Positions 9,201 to 17,659 of a DNA stretch of 64,000 bases are shown piece by piece. The DNA is from Chitinophaga pinensis (lineage in GTDB: Bacteria > Bacteroidota > Bacteroidia > UKL13-3), in assembly GCA_945870425.1 (NCBI GenBank), contig CAMBSD010000017.1, positions 8,884 to 72,883 of the forward strand. Reading direction: 5' to 3'. The notes under the pieces are model-generated. The model did not search any database and was not told the origin of the DNA. It saw only the letters and a list, made by a program, of their open reading frames with translations. The first letter of the stretch is position 1. Every line of letters begins with the position of its first letter. Both the position numbers and the translations under genes were made by a program.

Positions 9201-10814
9201 GATACAGTGAATTTACAACAGGAAATGGTTAACATCAATAATACTTGGGTACCGATGCAAATGAAAATTTATAGTCATATTAAAGTATTTGGATTTGGTG
9301 CCAATGATGTGAACATGGCAAGCATGAGCAACTACAATCTCAATCGTAGTTTTCCTCCAGGTTTCTTTAGCAACGAAACTTTCAAAATAGATAGAAATGC
9401 CAACCGCAAAGACAGTATGTATTGGAAAACTACTCGAACCATTATGCTTACTTCCGAAGAGGAAAAACACTATGGTAAATCAGATAGTATTTACCAAGCA
9501 CAACATACACCTCACTATTTAGATTCTGTGTCGAGGGTCAGAAATAAAATCACATTTGATAAAATATTTTTGAGCGGATATACCTTTAGCAAGCGTAATG
9601 ATACCCTTAGCAAATCCTTATCATTTGACCCATTGTTATTTGCTTTTGGATTCAATACAGTTGAAGGTTTATACACGAATTTCAATATTAGTTACAGATT
9701 ATTTTCAGGCAGCAGTGAAGAGTACTATTTAGGAAGAGATAGAACCTATCTCACTACCACCTTAAGGTATGGATTTGCAAACCAAAACTTAGCTCCTGGT
9801 ATACAATATTTCAAAACCATAGACAATAGGACAAGTACAAGCATCTCATTCAAAGTTGGACGATTTATTGAGCAATACAACCAAGCAGAACCCATTAGTA
9901 AAATTGTGAATGCTGGCTACACTTTGTTTGATAGAATCAATTACATGAAAGTATTGCAGAAAGATGTGATATCTATTACAGGTAGAAAAGAATTGAGCAA
10001 TGGCTTATATGCCAAAGCAAATGTGCAATTTTATCAAAGAGAAGCCATGGTAAACCATACCGATTATTCTTTTTCTGACAAAGACAAAAGAGCTTATAGT
10101 TCTAATAACCCTAGTAATACATATAGTGACGCACCTGCGTTCAACTCTCACTCTACCTTAGAATATGGCATCTCTTTGCGGTATGTTATCAAACAGAAAT
10201 ATGAAATGTTTCCAAACTTTAAGAATGTTCTTGAATCAAAATACCCTGATTTATATTTCAGTTTCAAAAATGCCATCATGACGGCCAGCAACAACAATAT
10301 GAGCAAATTCAATTATATGTATTTGGAGGCAGGTACTGGAAAAGACATTAACCTAAAATTATTGGGAGAATTGAAATTTGATGTGAATGCAGGAATATTT
10401 CTGTCAACAGACAACATGCTATTTGCCGATTACAAGCATTTCAATGGCAACCAAACCATGTTTTTGCATAACCCTAAAAACTTGAATGCTACGGGTGAGG
10501 AAACAAGGGTTAGATTAACAGGATTTCATGCCTTGAACTATTATCAATTTAGCACCAACGATAAGTTTATTGAGGCACATGCCATGCAAAATTTTAAAGG
10601 TTTCTTAATAGGTAAAGTACCATTATTACGTATGATTCACGCATACGAAGTAGCGGGAGTAAATTTCCTATATACACCCAACCTTACCTACAACGAGTTG
10701 TATTTTGGCTTAAGCAATATCTTAACCTTATTAAGGGTAGATGCAGGAAAAGTAACATCCATAGGAGGCAGTAATGATTGGTTCTTACGTTTTGGAATAG
10801 ATATGGATTTCTAA
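6213..10814 (+). CDS. Fusion protein: oligopeptidase B (S9 prolyl-oligopeptidase family) joined to a carboxypeptidase-regulatory-like domain and a DUF5686-like beta-barrel-type domain
   Basis: Signal peptide MIKKILLLSVLSLLLLSIATAQ. Nucleophile GGSAGGLLMGA with Asp (GYNDAQ) and His (GGHGG) completes the S9 triad by about aa 700. Continues in frame into GKVVDEYNEPVIYANVYLEESKIGTTSNQNGEFELKV (CarbopepD_reg) and about 780 aa more. No internal stop. Confidence 0.75.
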   Translation: MIKKILLLSVLSLLLLSIATAQENGTPKAEKILHQTIIHGDTLRDNYFWLRDKNSPEVINYLYANNAYADNKMKASSTLQKVLFDEYRSRVKETFDSKPQKNEGYYYYTRNVADKDYPALYRKKDSLSAKEQVVLDLNELSKEYFYFSLQFLNYSPDQSIIAYGVDTKGSLVSTMYFKILDIDSTLKNEKIDSVLSVSWANDNKTIYYTKAEAKTKRSYRLYKHTLGSNPLEDELLYEEPDKTYEIGLKRSSSKKFIIMEASKSQSSEAWYWSADDVRAKPLLFKKREAALLYDINHYEGDEFYIQTNYNALNQQLMKAPINAKSCKEWQVVIPHRSGVLFSGYSLLKNYLIWSEQQNVEQRILIKQRKTNQIDTLKSKITLGSMSFSIEDYDYEKTNEIRYSAETMVTPSEEYNYDLNTKKQTFYNMDSINGKYNPSLYASERVWAKAKDGVMIPITLAYKKGMLKNGNNPLLLSGYGSYGVSSMPDFNQLNISLLDRGFIVATAHIRGGREMGQEWYDDGRMLYKKNTFTDFITCAEHLIAEKYTSTAKLAVEGGSAGGLLMGAVTNMRTDLFKCVIASVPFVDVINTMLDESIPLTTGEFEEWGNPKNKKYYDYMKSYSPYDNVEPKTYPHMLITAGYNDAQVGYWEPAKWVAKLRELKTDTNMLLFKTVMEGGHGGSSGRYNKLIEQAYRTAFVMQCLGVKENYISLKGKVVDEYNEPVIYANVYLEESKIGTTSNQNGEFELKVKEFNNATLVVQSLTYEKQKIKLGLRTRIQNLVIKMKSENIQMKTVTVVANAVDPALGIIKQAIKKRKENYDRVKSFSSDVYMKSNVKLLEVPKNMPFFLKLVANGEVIDSNDLGLVYLSESSAKYYFEKPDNNKEEMMASKVAGQKQGFSWNRVKDVFFNLYEPTIDLSYYSERPFVSPIAPLASLSYKYKFKGSFYIDNKEVNKIEIIPLRKGDPLFQGYIYITSNDYQIYGADLRATKDAQIQFVDTVNLQQEMVNINNTWVPMQMKIYSHIKVFGFGANDVNMASMSNYNLNRSFPPGFFSNETFKIDRNANRKDSMYWKTTRTIMLTSEEEKHYGKSDSIYQAQHTPHYLDSVSRVRNKITFDKIFLSGYTFSKRNDTLSKSLSFDPLLFAFGFNTVEGLYTNFNISYRLFSGSSEEYYLGRDRTYLTTTLRYGFANQNLAPGIQYFKTIDNRTSTSISFKVGRFIEQYNQAEPISKIVNAGYTLFDRINYMKVLQKDVISITGRKELSNGLYAKANVQFYQREAMVNHTDYSFSDKDKRAYSSNNPSNTYSDAPAFNSHSTLEYGISLRYVIKQKYEMFPNFKNVLESKYPDLYFSFKNAIMTASNNNMSKFNYMYLEAGTGKDINLKLLGELKFDVNAGIFLSTDNMLFADYKHFNGNQTMFLHNPKNLNATGEETRVRLTGFHALNYYQFSTNDKFIEAHAMQNFKGFLIGKVPLLRMIHAYEVAGVNFLYTPNLTYNELYFGLSNILTLLRVDAGKVTSIGGSNDWFLRFGIDMDF

Positions 10815-10826
10815 AAAAGTGAATGA

Positions 10827-12809
10827 CTATTTGTTTCCTTTCAGGGGCTTGTACTTTACTATTTTGTGGTACAATTCCTCTGGCTTAAATGGCTTGGTAA
10901 CAAAATCATTCATACCTGCTTCTAAAACCTTTCTTCTTGTTTCTTGGAAGGCGTCAGCAGACAGGGCTATAATTGGGATATTCCTATTCTTTACTTTGGT
11001 ATGCTCAGCCCTGATTACTTCAGTGGCTTCAAAACCACTTAATTCAGGCATTTGCAAATCCATCAAAACTAAATCAAAACTATCGTCTTTTACCAATATT
11101 TCTATAGCCTCTAAACCATTATTGGCAATAGAAATTTCATTATTCCATTTTTTAAAAAACTGTTTAGCCACAAACTGATTCATCAAATTATCTTCTACCA
11201 AAAGAATTTTGATTTCAGATAAATCAAGGATCAAATCTTTCTCTGTTTTATCTTGTTTTTCTATAGCGTCAGCATTCCCAACTTCAAACGGAATTTCAAC
11301 AGTAAAAGTTGTACCGCTGCCTACTTTACTTTTAATATTTATATAACCACCTTGCAGCGCGGTTAAGTTCTTGGTAATGGCCAATCCTAAACCAGTTCCA
11401 CCGAACTTACGTGTAGTATCGGTATAGGCTTGGGTAAAGCTCTCAAAAATCTTGTTTTGCTTGTGTTCGGGCACTCCTATTCCACTGTCTACTATTTCAA
11501 ATACAAGATTTATTTTATCTGATTCTTCGCTTTCATTTATAGATGTTTTAACTTCTACAAAACCTTTCGATGTAAACTTAATGGCATTGCCCACTAAGTT
11601 AAAGAGTATTTGATTTAGGCGGTAAGGATCCCCTTTAATATAATGCGGAATATTTTCAGGCACGGTTACATTAAATTCAAGGCCTTTTTCCTTTGCCCTA
11701 TAATCAAAAGTTTTCTTCAATTCAGCCATTCGAAGGCGCAAATCAAAGTTGATGTTCTCAAAGGTAATTTTACCTGCTTCTATCTTACTAAAATCAAGGA
11801 TATCATTTATAATTACCAAAAGGTTATCAGCAGAATATTTTATAGACTTTAAGTTCTCTAAATTTCCCCCTGTAAAATTCTCTTCTAACAACAATTCTGT
11901 TAAACCTAAAATCGCATTCATAGGTGTACGAATCTCGTGACTCATGTTTGAAAGAAAATCCGACTTAGCTTTGGCTGCAGCAATAGCATCATTACGAGCC
12001 TGCAACAAATCGTGTTCAAATTTTTTCTTTTCGGTAATATCTTGTGAATAAACTGCCACACCTGTTATCTCGTTATTAGCAACATAAATGGGATTGTAAG
12101 TAGTTTCAATATAAACCGCATTGCCCCCCACTTCAAACTCTTCTACTTGCGTAAACTGTTCTCCTTGCAAACTTCTATCAATACTCGCAACAATATTTTC
12201 CCGCTCAGAGTTTTTGAAGTTTATCATAGCAAAATTCATCCCCTCTTTAACATCAGTATTTGTTCTAGATTGTATACTGTTTTTGAAAGTTGAGTTAAAT
12301 GACAATAAATTCAATTGCTTGTCAACAGCATATATTATGCTGGTAGTGCTCTCAAGAATCGCATTAAGTTTATAATTATTAACATTGATTTCTTCTTCAG
12401 CACGTTTGCGTTGGTTCTCAACTTCCCACAAGCGAATGCCCGAAATCACCACTTTTTGAATACTATCTGGTGTGATATCAGATTTAGCGAAATAGTCAAA
12501 AGCACCGCTCTTAATCATTTTCACTGCCACTTTTTCATCTCCCTGAGAAGTTAGAACAGCAACAGGTGTAAGAACATCTTTGTCTCTTATTTTCTTTAGT
12601 AATTGAAGACCATCAATACCTGGTAATTGGTAGTCAAGAAAAATACAATCAAAAACCTCTTTACTTATAACTTCAAGGGTTTCTTGGGCATTTTTACAAA
12701 TATGTAAATTGTATACGAGTCCTGTTTTTTTCAGAGCTCTTTCAAATTGCATGATGTCAACTTCGTCATCATCAATAAGTAGTAGTTTAAATGATGCTTG
12801 ACTATCCAT
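10827..12809 (-). CDS. Hybrid sensor histidine kinase/response regulator (REC-PAS-HisKA-HATPase-REC), cytoplasmic
   Basis: N-terminal receiver (LLLIDDDEVD...FLDYQLPGIDG). H-box MSHEIRTPMNAILG. G-box GGTGLGLAI. C-terminal receiver (ILLVEDNLMNQ...LMDLQMPELSG). No TM segments. Confidence 0.85.
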   Translation of the reverse strand: MDSQASFKLLLIDDDEVDIMQFERALKKTGLVYNLHICKNAQETLEVISKEVFDCIFLDYQLPGIDGLQLLKKIRDKDVLTPVAVLTSQGDEKVAVKMIKSGAFDYFAKSDITPDSIQKVVISGIRLWEVENQRKRAEEEINVNNYKLNAILESTTSIIYAVDKQLNLLSFNSTFKNSIQSRTNTDVKEGMNFAMINFKNSERENIVASIDRSLQGEQFTQVEEFEVGGNAVYIETTYNPIYVANNEITGVAVYSQDITEKKKFEHDLLQARNDAIAAAKAKSDFLSNMSHEIRTPMNAILGLTELLLEENFTGGNLENLKSIKYSADNLLVIINDILDFSKIEAGKITFENINFDLRLRMAELKKTFDYRAKEKGLEFNVTVPENIPHYIKGDPYRLNQILFNLVGNAIKFTSKGFVEVKTSINESEESDKINLVFEIVDSGIGVPEHKQNKIFESFTQAYTDTTRKFGGTGLGLAITKNLTALQGGYINIKSKVGSGTTFTVEIPFEVGNADAIEKQDKTEKDLILDLSEIKILLVEDNLMNQFVAKQFFKKWNNEISIANNGLEAIEILVKDDSFDLVLMDLQMPELSGFEATEVIRAEHTKVKNRNIPIIALSADAFQETRRKVLEAGMNDFVTKPFKPEELYHKIVKYKPLKGNK

Positions 12810-12830
12810 TATTTACAACATAGGTAAGCA

Positions 12831-13268
12831 TTAAACAGGGAATTCACAAAGTTTCCAGTAATTGCTAAGAGTCGAAACTACGCTCATAAACTGGTCCATA
12901 GAAAGTGGTTTGAGTATATAACCCGCTACGTTTAAGTTATATGCATCAATTTTATCGTTGTCTTCGTTGGATGTAGTCATCACGAAAACACTAATATTTT
13001 TCAGATGATCGTTATTTCTTAATTCTCTTAAAAACTCAATACCACCCATTTTAGGCATATTCAAATCAAGTAGCACAATACGAGGGTAATCATGAGGATT
13101 GGTCTTGTATTCAGAATTTAAAAATTCAAGTGCTTCAATTCCGTTTCCAGCAATGTACAAAGGGTTGGTAACATTATTTTTCTTGAAAGCCCTTTTAACA
13201 TTCATTACATCTACTTCATCGTCTTCTACTAAAAGAATTTTTATAATTTTCTCTTTCATCATAATCAT
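12831..13268 (-). CDS. Single-domain response regulator (CheY-like receiver)
   Basis: ILLVEDDEVD ... LLDLNMPKMGG. 145 aa. No output domain. Confidence 0.85.
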   Translation of the reverse strand: MIMMKEKIIKILLVEDDEVDVMNVKRAFKKNNVTNPLYIAGNGIEALEFLNSEYKTNPHDYPRIVLLDLNMPKMGGIEFLRELRNNDHLKNISVFVMTTSNEDNDKIDAYNLNVAGYILKPLSMDQFMSVVSTLSNYWKLCEFPV

Positions 13269-13347
13269 TTTTCAGATGCAATATATATTTCCATTTTGAG
13301 TAAATCAAAGTGTTAAATACGCAAAATCAGAATGTGGCTAATTTTAG

Positions 13348-15024
13348 TTATTTTTCAACTGAATCTTGCCATGTAAAGTAAAATTTCGCTCCTTTACCTT
13401 TCTCAGATTCCACCCATATTTCACCATTGTTTTCCTCCACAATTTTTTTAGCAATGGCGAGCCCTGCCCCTACGCTTTCAAGCTTATCGCGGGCTTCAAG
13501 GGTTTGAAAAATAGTGAAAATTTTACTGTGGTATTCTGTAGCTATACCTAAACCATTATCAGCAATACAAAATTTGTGTTTCCCATCCACATGTTGATAA
13601 GTAATGTTGATGATCGGCTTAATGACATTAGCATATTTTATAGAGTTGGTCAACAATTCATAAAACACATCCTCTATATCTTTTCGCACCGCATTCACAA
13701 TTGGCAGAGCATCATCAAAGTATATGACATGTTTGCTCGGTGGGTTGATTATACGAAGTAAATTCAACACTAAATCACGCGAATCAACCCATTCTTTTTC
13801 ACCACCCAGTTTACCCGATCGGCTGTATTTCAATAAAGAATTGATAAGTGATTCAAGACGGAGGATTCTACCACGCATTAATTTGAAGTAGCCTTTACTA
13901 TCATCAGTCATTAAGCTACCCATATCTTCTTCAATCCACTCTGAAAGGTTATTAATTCCTCGAAGGGGACTCTTTAAATCATGTGAGGTAATATATGCAA
14001 ACTGGTCCAATTCCTTATTTTTCTTCTCTAAACTAAGTGTATATTTTTCTAATGATTTCTTAGACTCAATCTCCTTCAACATTGAATTTTTCAGATTATT
14101 ACGCATTTCAATCAAAGCTTTGCCCAATTTGTCATTTTTACCTTGAAGTTTCAGTTCTATATCATAATTACCTTTTCCGATGGCATTGGCAATATCTGCC
14201 TTGGCTTTCAGCCCTCTTATCAATGTAACAGTAGATTGTTGAATAATACCAATTTCATCTTTGCGTTGAATTTGCATTTCATAATTAATGATTTGCCCTC
14301 GCCCGACTGCATCTAGCACCTCACTCAGTTCACTTACTGGTTTAATAACAGTACTATTCGTTATCATTAATGAAATAATACTTACCACAACCAAACCAAT
14401 AAGCATGATTACAAGCAAAGAAGATAGTGTGCTATAACTTGCATATTTCTTTTGACTTAATTTTCTTGAAGAGGCAATCACCATCAATTCAACCTCTTCA
14501 ACATTAACATCCAATTTTTTTAGATCACTTTCTATCTCTTTATATATCTTATTGGCAGCATCGAATTTAATAGTGTCTTTATAATCGGCATCTTTTTGCA
14601 GGATCGACATTACTTTTCTTTCCTTTTCAATTATTTTCAGGAAGTCGCCATCCACCTTCACCAACCTTCGTCTTGATTGCTCAAGTTCAGGTTGTTGCAA
14701 TAATTCAATTAAAAATATTTTTCTCTTTCTATACTGTTTATCTAAAATTTTCTGCAGCTTTAATTTTTTATCTTTAGATGGATTGTTAATCCAATCATAG
14801 GTGTATCTGCCCGTTTCAGAAATAATGAACTCTATGTCTCTAGTAGCAGTAATGGCAGGTTCAAAATTATTTGACAACTTAAAGTCAATTTGCTTGGCAT
14901 ATTGAAGTAATAGTATTGCCGAAATACTTGTTATCAGTGCTGTAAAAATAATGGCAAAAAAACTAAGCGCAGTTCTTGTGCTTATTTTTAAGTTTACCAG
15001 CCATTTTTTTACGAATTTAAACAT
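13348..15024 (-). CDS. Membrane sensor histidine kinase (2 TM, HAMP, HisKA, HATPase)
   Basis: Two hydrophobic segments flank a periplasmic region of about 150 aa. H-box ITSHDLKSPLRGI. N-box/G-box (LLTNSIKYA, DNGLGIA). Confidence 0.85.
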   Translation of the reverse strand: MFKFVKKWLVNLKISTRTALSFFAIIFTALITSISAILLLQYAKQIDFKLSNNFEPAITATRDIEFIISETGRYTYDWINNPSKDKKLKLQKILDKQYRKRKIFLIELLQQPELEQSRRRLVKVDGDFLKIIEKERKVMSILQKDADYKDTIKFDAANKIYKEIESDLKKLDVNVEEVELMVIASSRKLSQKKYASYSTLSSLLVIMLIGLVVVSIISLMITNSTVIKPVSELSEVLDAVGRGQIINYEMQIQRKDEIGIIQQSTVTLIRGLKAKADIANAIGKGNYDIELKLQGKNDKLGKALIEMRNNLKNSMLKEIESKKSLEKYTLSLEKKNKELDQFAYITSHDLKSPLRGINNLSEWIEEDMGSLMTDDSKGYFKLMRGRILRLESLINSLLKYSRSGKLGGEKEWVDSRDLVLNLLRIINPPSKHVIYFDDALPIVNAVRKDIEDVFYELLTNSIKYANVIKPIINITYQHVDGKHKFCIADNGLGIATEYHSKIFTIFQTLEARDKLESVGAGLAIAKKIVEENNGEIWVESEKGKGAKFYFTWQDSVEK

Positions 15025-15284
15025 ATTTTTTAGGGTACTAATTTAAGGGCAGATTTCATCCCGCCTGTGCCATATCATTATCAAAACTTAATCCTTTTAT
15101 TTAAATCACTGATTTAAAGACTATTAATTAATTTCTATTTTGGGCAAAATTCCCATTTACAAACAACACTAGCACCAATGTCTAATTTTGATACACCCAA
15201 AACTAAAAAAATACTGTATGCAATTATGTCATATTTAGAAATTAGCACCAACTTTGTTTACTTGCAACCGATAACTATTAAAAA

Positions 15285-15503
15285 ATGAAGTTTATACTTT
15301 ACCTAGCATTGTTTTATTTTGTATTCAAGTTCTTGATTGGAAATTTATTTAAAGTGAAAGCTTACCATTATAACCAAAACAAGGATCAACAATCAAATTT
15401 CGAAAACGATGCAGAACTGAATGTTAACAAAAGCGATAACAATAAATCTGTAAATAAAGATAAAAACATTGGTGAATATGTGGATTTTGAGGAAATAAAA
15501 TAA
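15285..15503 (+). CDS. Small membrane-anchored hypothetical protein
   Basis: 72 aa. N-terminal hydrophobic helix. Stop lies 4 nt before the FkbM methyltransferase start. Confidence 0.3.
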   Translation: MKFILYLALFYFVFKFLIGNLFKVKAYHYNQNKDQQSNFENDAELNVNKSDNNKSVNKDKNIGEYVDFEEIK

Positions 15504-15507
15504 CAAG

Positions 15508-16254
15508 ATGGAAAAAACCATTCGTTCGATACTATTTAAAGTTTTAGGTTACCAGTCATATTTATCATGGGTAAGTGATATATACATACGACTTATTAAA
15601 GGAGGAATGCTGAAGGACAAATACCCTGAATTGTTTTACTTACAAAACCTCATAAAGCCAGGCTATACTTGTGTGGACATTGGAGCCAATGTTGGCTACT
15701 ACTCCGTATTTCTCTCAAAATATGCGGGGGTATCTGGCAGGGTATATTCCATTGAACCTGTGCCATTATTTGCCAAAGTATTTCTTAAAAATACTTACAA
15801 GCACGCCTATAATAATATCACCCTTTATCAAACAGCCCTTGGTGCCGAGAGCAAAAAGATAATGATGGGAACACCTACCATTAACGGGGTTTTCAGACAT
15901 GGTTTAACAAAGGTACTTTCTGATGATAACAAGGAAGCAGGCAAAATGCACACATATGAAACGGATATGCGAATTCCTGATGAATTGTTCGCTCCTATTG
16001 AAAAAATCGACTTCATTAAATGTGATGTAGAGGGTTATGAAATATTTGTATTCCCGCATTTAATTAATACTCTCAAAAAGCATTACCCGATAATTCAGAT
16101 CGAAATTTCGGGGGAAGAAAACCGCCAAAAGATGTTTAACATTTTGATGCCATTGGGCTATGAAATATTCAAACTTAAGAACGAAAATTTGTTTCAAATA
16201 TCAGTGGCAGAAGCTATGGAATATGAAGGAGGTGATTTCTATTTTAAGAGATAA
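15508..16254 (+). CDS. FkbM-family methyltransferase
   Basis: Motif CVDIGANVGYYSVF typical of the FkbM family. 248 aa. Confidence 0.75.
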   Translation: MEKTIRSILFKVLGYQSYLSWVSDIYIRLIKGGMLKDKYPELFYLQNLIKPGYTCVDIGANVGYYSVFLSKYAGVSGRVYSIEPVPLFAKVFLKNTYKHAYNNITLYQTALGAESKKIMMGTPTINGVFRHGLTKVLSDDNKEAGKMHTYETDMRIPDELFAPIEKIDFIKCDVEGYEIFVFPHLINTLKKHYPIIQIEISGEENRQKMFNILMPLGYEIFKLKNENLFQISVAEAMEYEGGDFYFKR

Positions 16255-16279
16255 CTTATATCATTTAAACTGAAATGCG

Positions 16280-16978
16280 TTGTTAATTCAAGCTAAAGCC
16301 TTTACTTCGTATTCAATAAAACTAAAAACATTGAACAGCTTTTGGGATTTATTTAAACCACAGGAACTTATAGAATTTGGCGGATTGGCTTTAATTCTCA
16401 TCATTATCTTTTTAGAGAATGGGGTTTTCTTTGGCTTTTTCTTACCCGGTGATTCATTGTTATTTACAGCTGGCCTCCTCGCGTATCCTTCAGCTAGTCA
16501 AGTTTTACACATTGAAATTGAAAACCTTATTTTTGGGATTGGTATTGCCGCCATTTGTGGTTATTATTTTGGCTTTTGGTTCGGGCATCGAACGGGAGAG
16601 GCTATTTATAAAAAAAAAGATACCTTTTTCTTCAAACGAAAATATATTGAAACAGCAGAGGTTTTCTATAAAAAATATGGTGGATTGGCATTGATTCTAG
16701 GTAGGTTCTTACCCATTGTGCGCACCTTCGCTCCTATTCTTGCTGGAGTTGTAAAAGTTCGCCCGCAAATTTTCTTCTTGTATAATATTGTAGGCGCATT
16801 ACTTTGGCCAAGTGTAATTGTAACAGCAGGCTATTTTGTTGGTCAATTTGTACCCAATGCTTTGGATTATTTGAATTGGATTGTAATTGCCTTTATTGCT
16901 GTAACTACGATACCAATTGCGAATACTTGGCGCAAGGAACAAATAAGAAAAAAAGCTGAACAATTAGAGAACAAATAA
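16280..16978 (+). CDS. DedA-family membrane protein
   Basis: FFLPGDSLLFTAGLLAY motif. Multiple TM helices. 232 aa (true start may be downstream). Confidence 0.7.
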   Translation: MLIQAKAFTSYSIKLKTLNSFWDLFKPQELIEFGGLALILIIIFLENGVFFGFFLPGDSLLFTAGLLAYPSASQVLHIEIENLIFGIGIAAICGYYFGFWFGHRTGEAIYKKKDTFFFKRKYIETAEVFYKKYGGLALILGRFLPIVRTFAPILAGVVKVRPQIFFLYNIVGALLWPSVIVTAGYFVGQFVPNALDYLNWIVIAFIAVTTIPIANTWRKEQIRKKAEQLENK

Positions 16979-16981
16979 CGT

Positions 16982-17659
16982 ATGGTTGAAGGCAAATTAT
17001 ACATCGTTCCAACGCCCATTGGCAATCTTGAAGACATTACAATTAGGGCACTTCGAATACTTAAAGAAGTAGATTTGGTTTTGGCTGAAGACACCCGCCA
17101 AACAGTGAAACTATTTCAACATTATCAAATTCAAAAACCACTTCAATCTTACCACCAACACAACGAGCATAAAGTGTTTCAAAACTTAGTTTCAGAGCTA
17201 AAAAGTGGTAAACAGATTGCCCTTGTAAGCGATGCGGGAACACCTGGTATAAGCGACCCCGGTTTCTTAATCATTCGCGAGTGTGTAAAAGAGGGTATTG
17301 CAGTTGATTGTCTTCCGGGTGCCACTGCCTTTGTGCCCGCTTTGGTAAAAAGCGGTCTCCCATGCGATAGCTTTTGCTTTGAAGGTTTTTTGCCTGAAAA
17401 AAAGGGTAGACAAACCATGCTAAAAAAATTGGCTGAAGAAGAAAGAACAGTGGTATTTTACGAGTCACCTCATCGCATACTCAAAACCATTGCCCAACTT
17501 ATTGAGTTTTTTGGTGCCGATAGACAAGCAAGCATTAGCAGAGAGCTTACTAAGGTATTTGAAGAAACTGTTAATGGCAGCCTTCAACAAATACTAGAAC
17601 ATTTCACCAACGGAACTATTAAAGGAGAATTCGTCATTGTTATCGCAGGTAAAAAATAA
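16982..17659 (+). CDS. rsmI: 16S rRNA (cytidine1402-2'-O)-methyltransferase
   Basis: KLYIVPTPIGNLEDITIRALRILKEVDLVLAEDTR is the tetrapyrrole-methylase-fold RsmI signature. 225 aa. Confidence 0.9.
   Translation: MVEGKLYIVPTPIGNLEDITIRALRILKEVDLVLAEDTRQTVKLFQHYQIQKPLQSYHQHNEHKVFQNLVSELKSGKQIALVSDAGTPGISDPGFLIIRECVKEGIAVDCLPGATAFVPALVKSGLPCDSFCFEGFLPEKKGRQTMLKKLAEEERTVVFYESPHRILKTIAQLIEFFGADRQASISRELTKVFEETVNGSLQQILEHFTNGTIKGEFVIVIAGKK

Noticed and set aside
6213-10814. Two separate genes (ptrB plus DUF5686 gene) instead of one 1533-aa ORF
   Set aside because: No in-frame stop, RBS/ATG or second signal peptide at the junction (aa about 700-715). Treated as a genuine fusion, but flagged for read-level verification.
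10819-13299. Numerous 60-120-aa plus-strand ORFs inside the TCS genes (e.g. 10819..11178, 12121..12375, 13099..13299)
   Set aside because: Shadow ORFs opposite well-supported kinase/receiver genes. No domains or signals.
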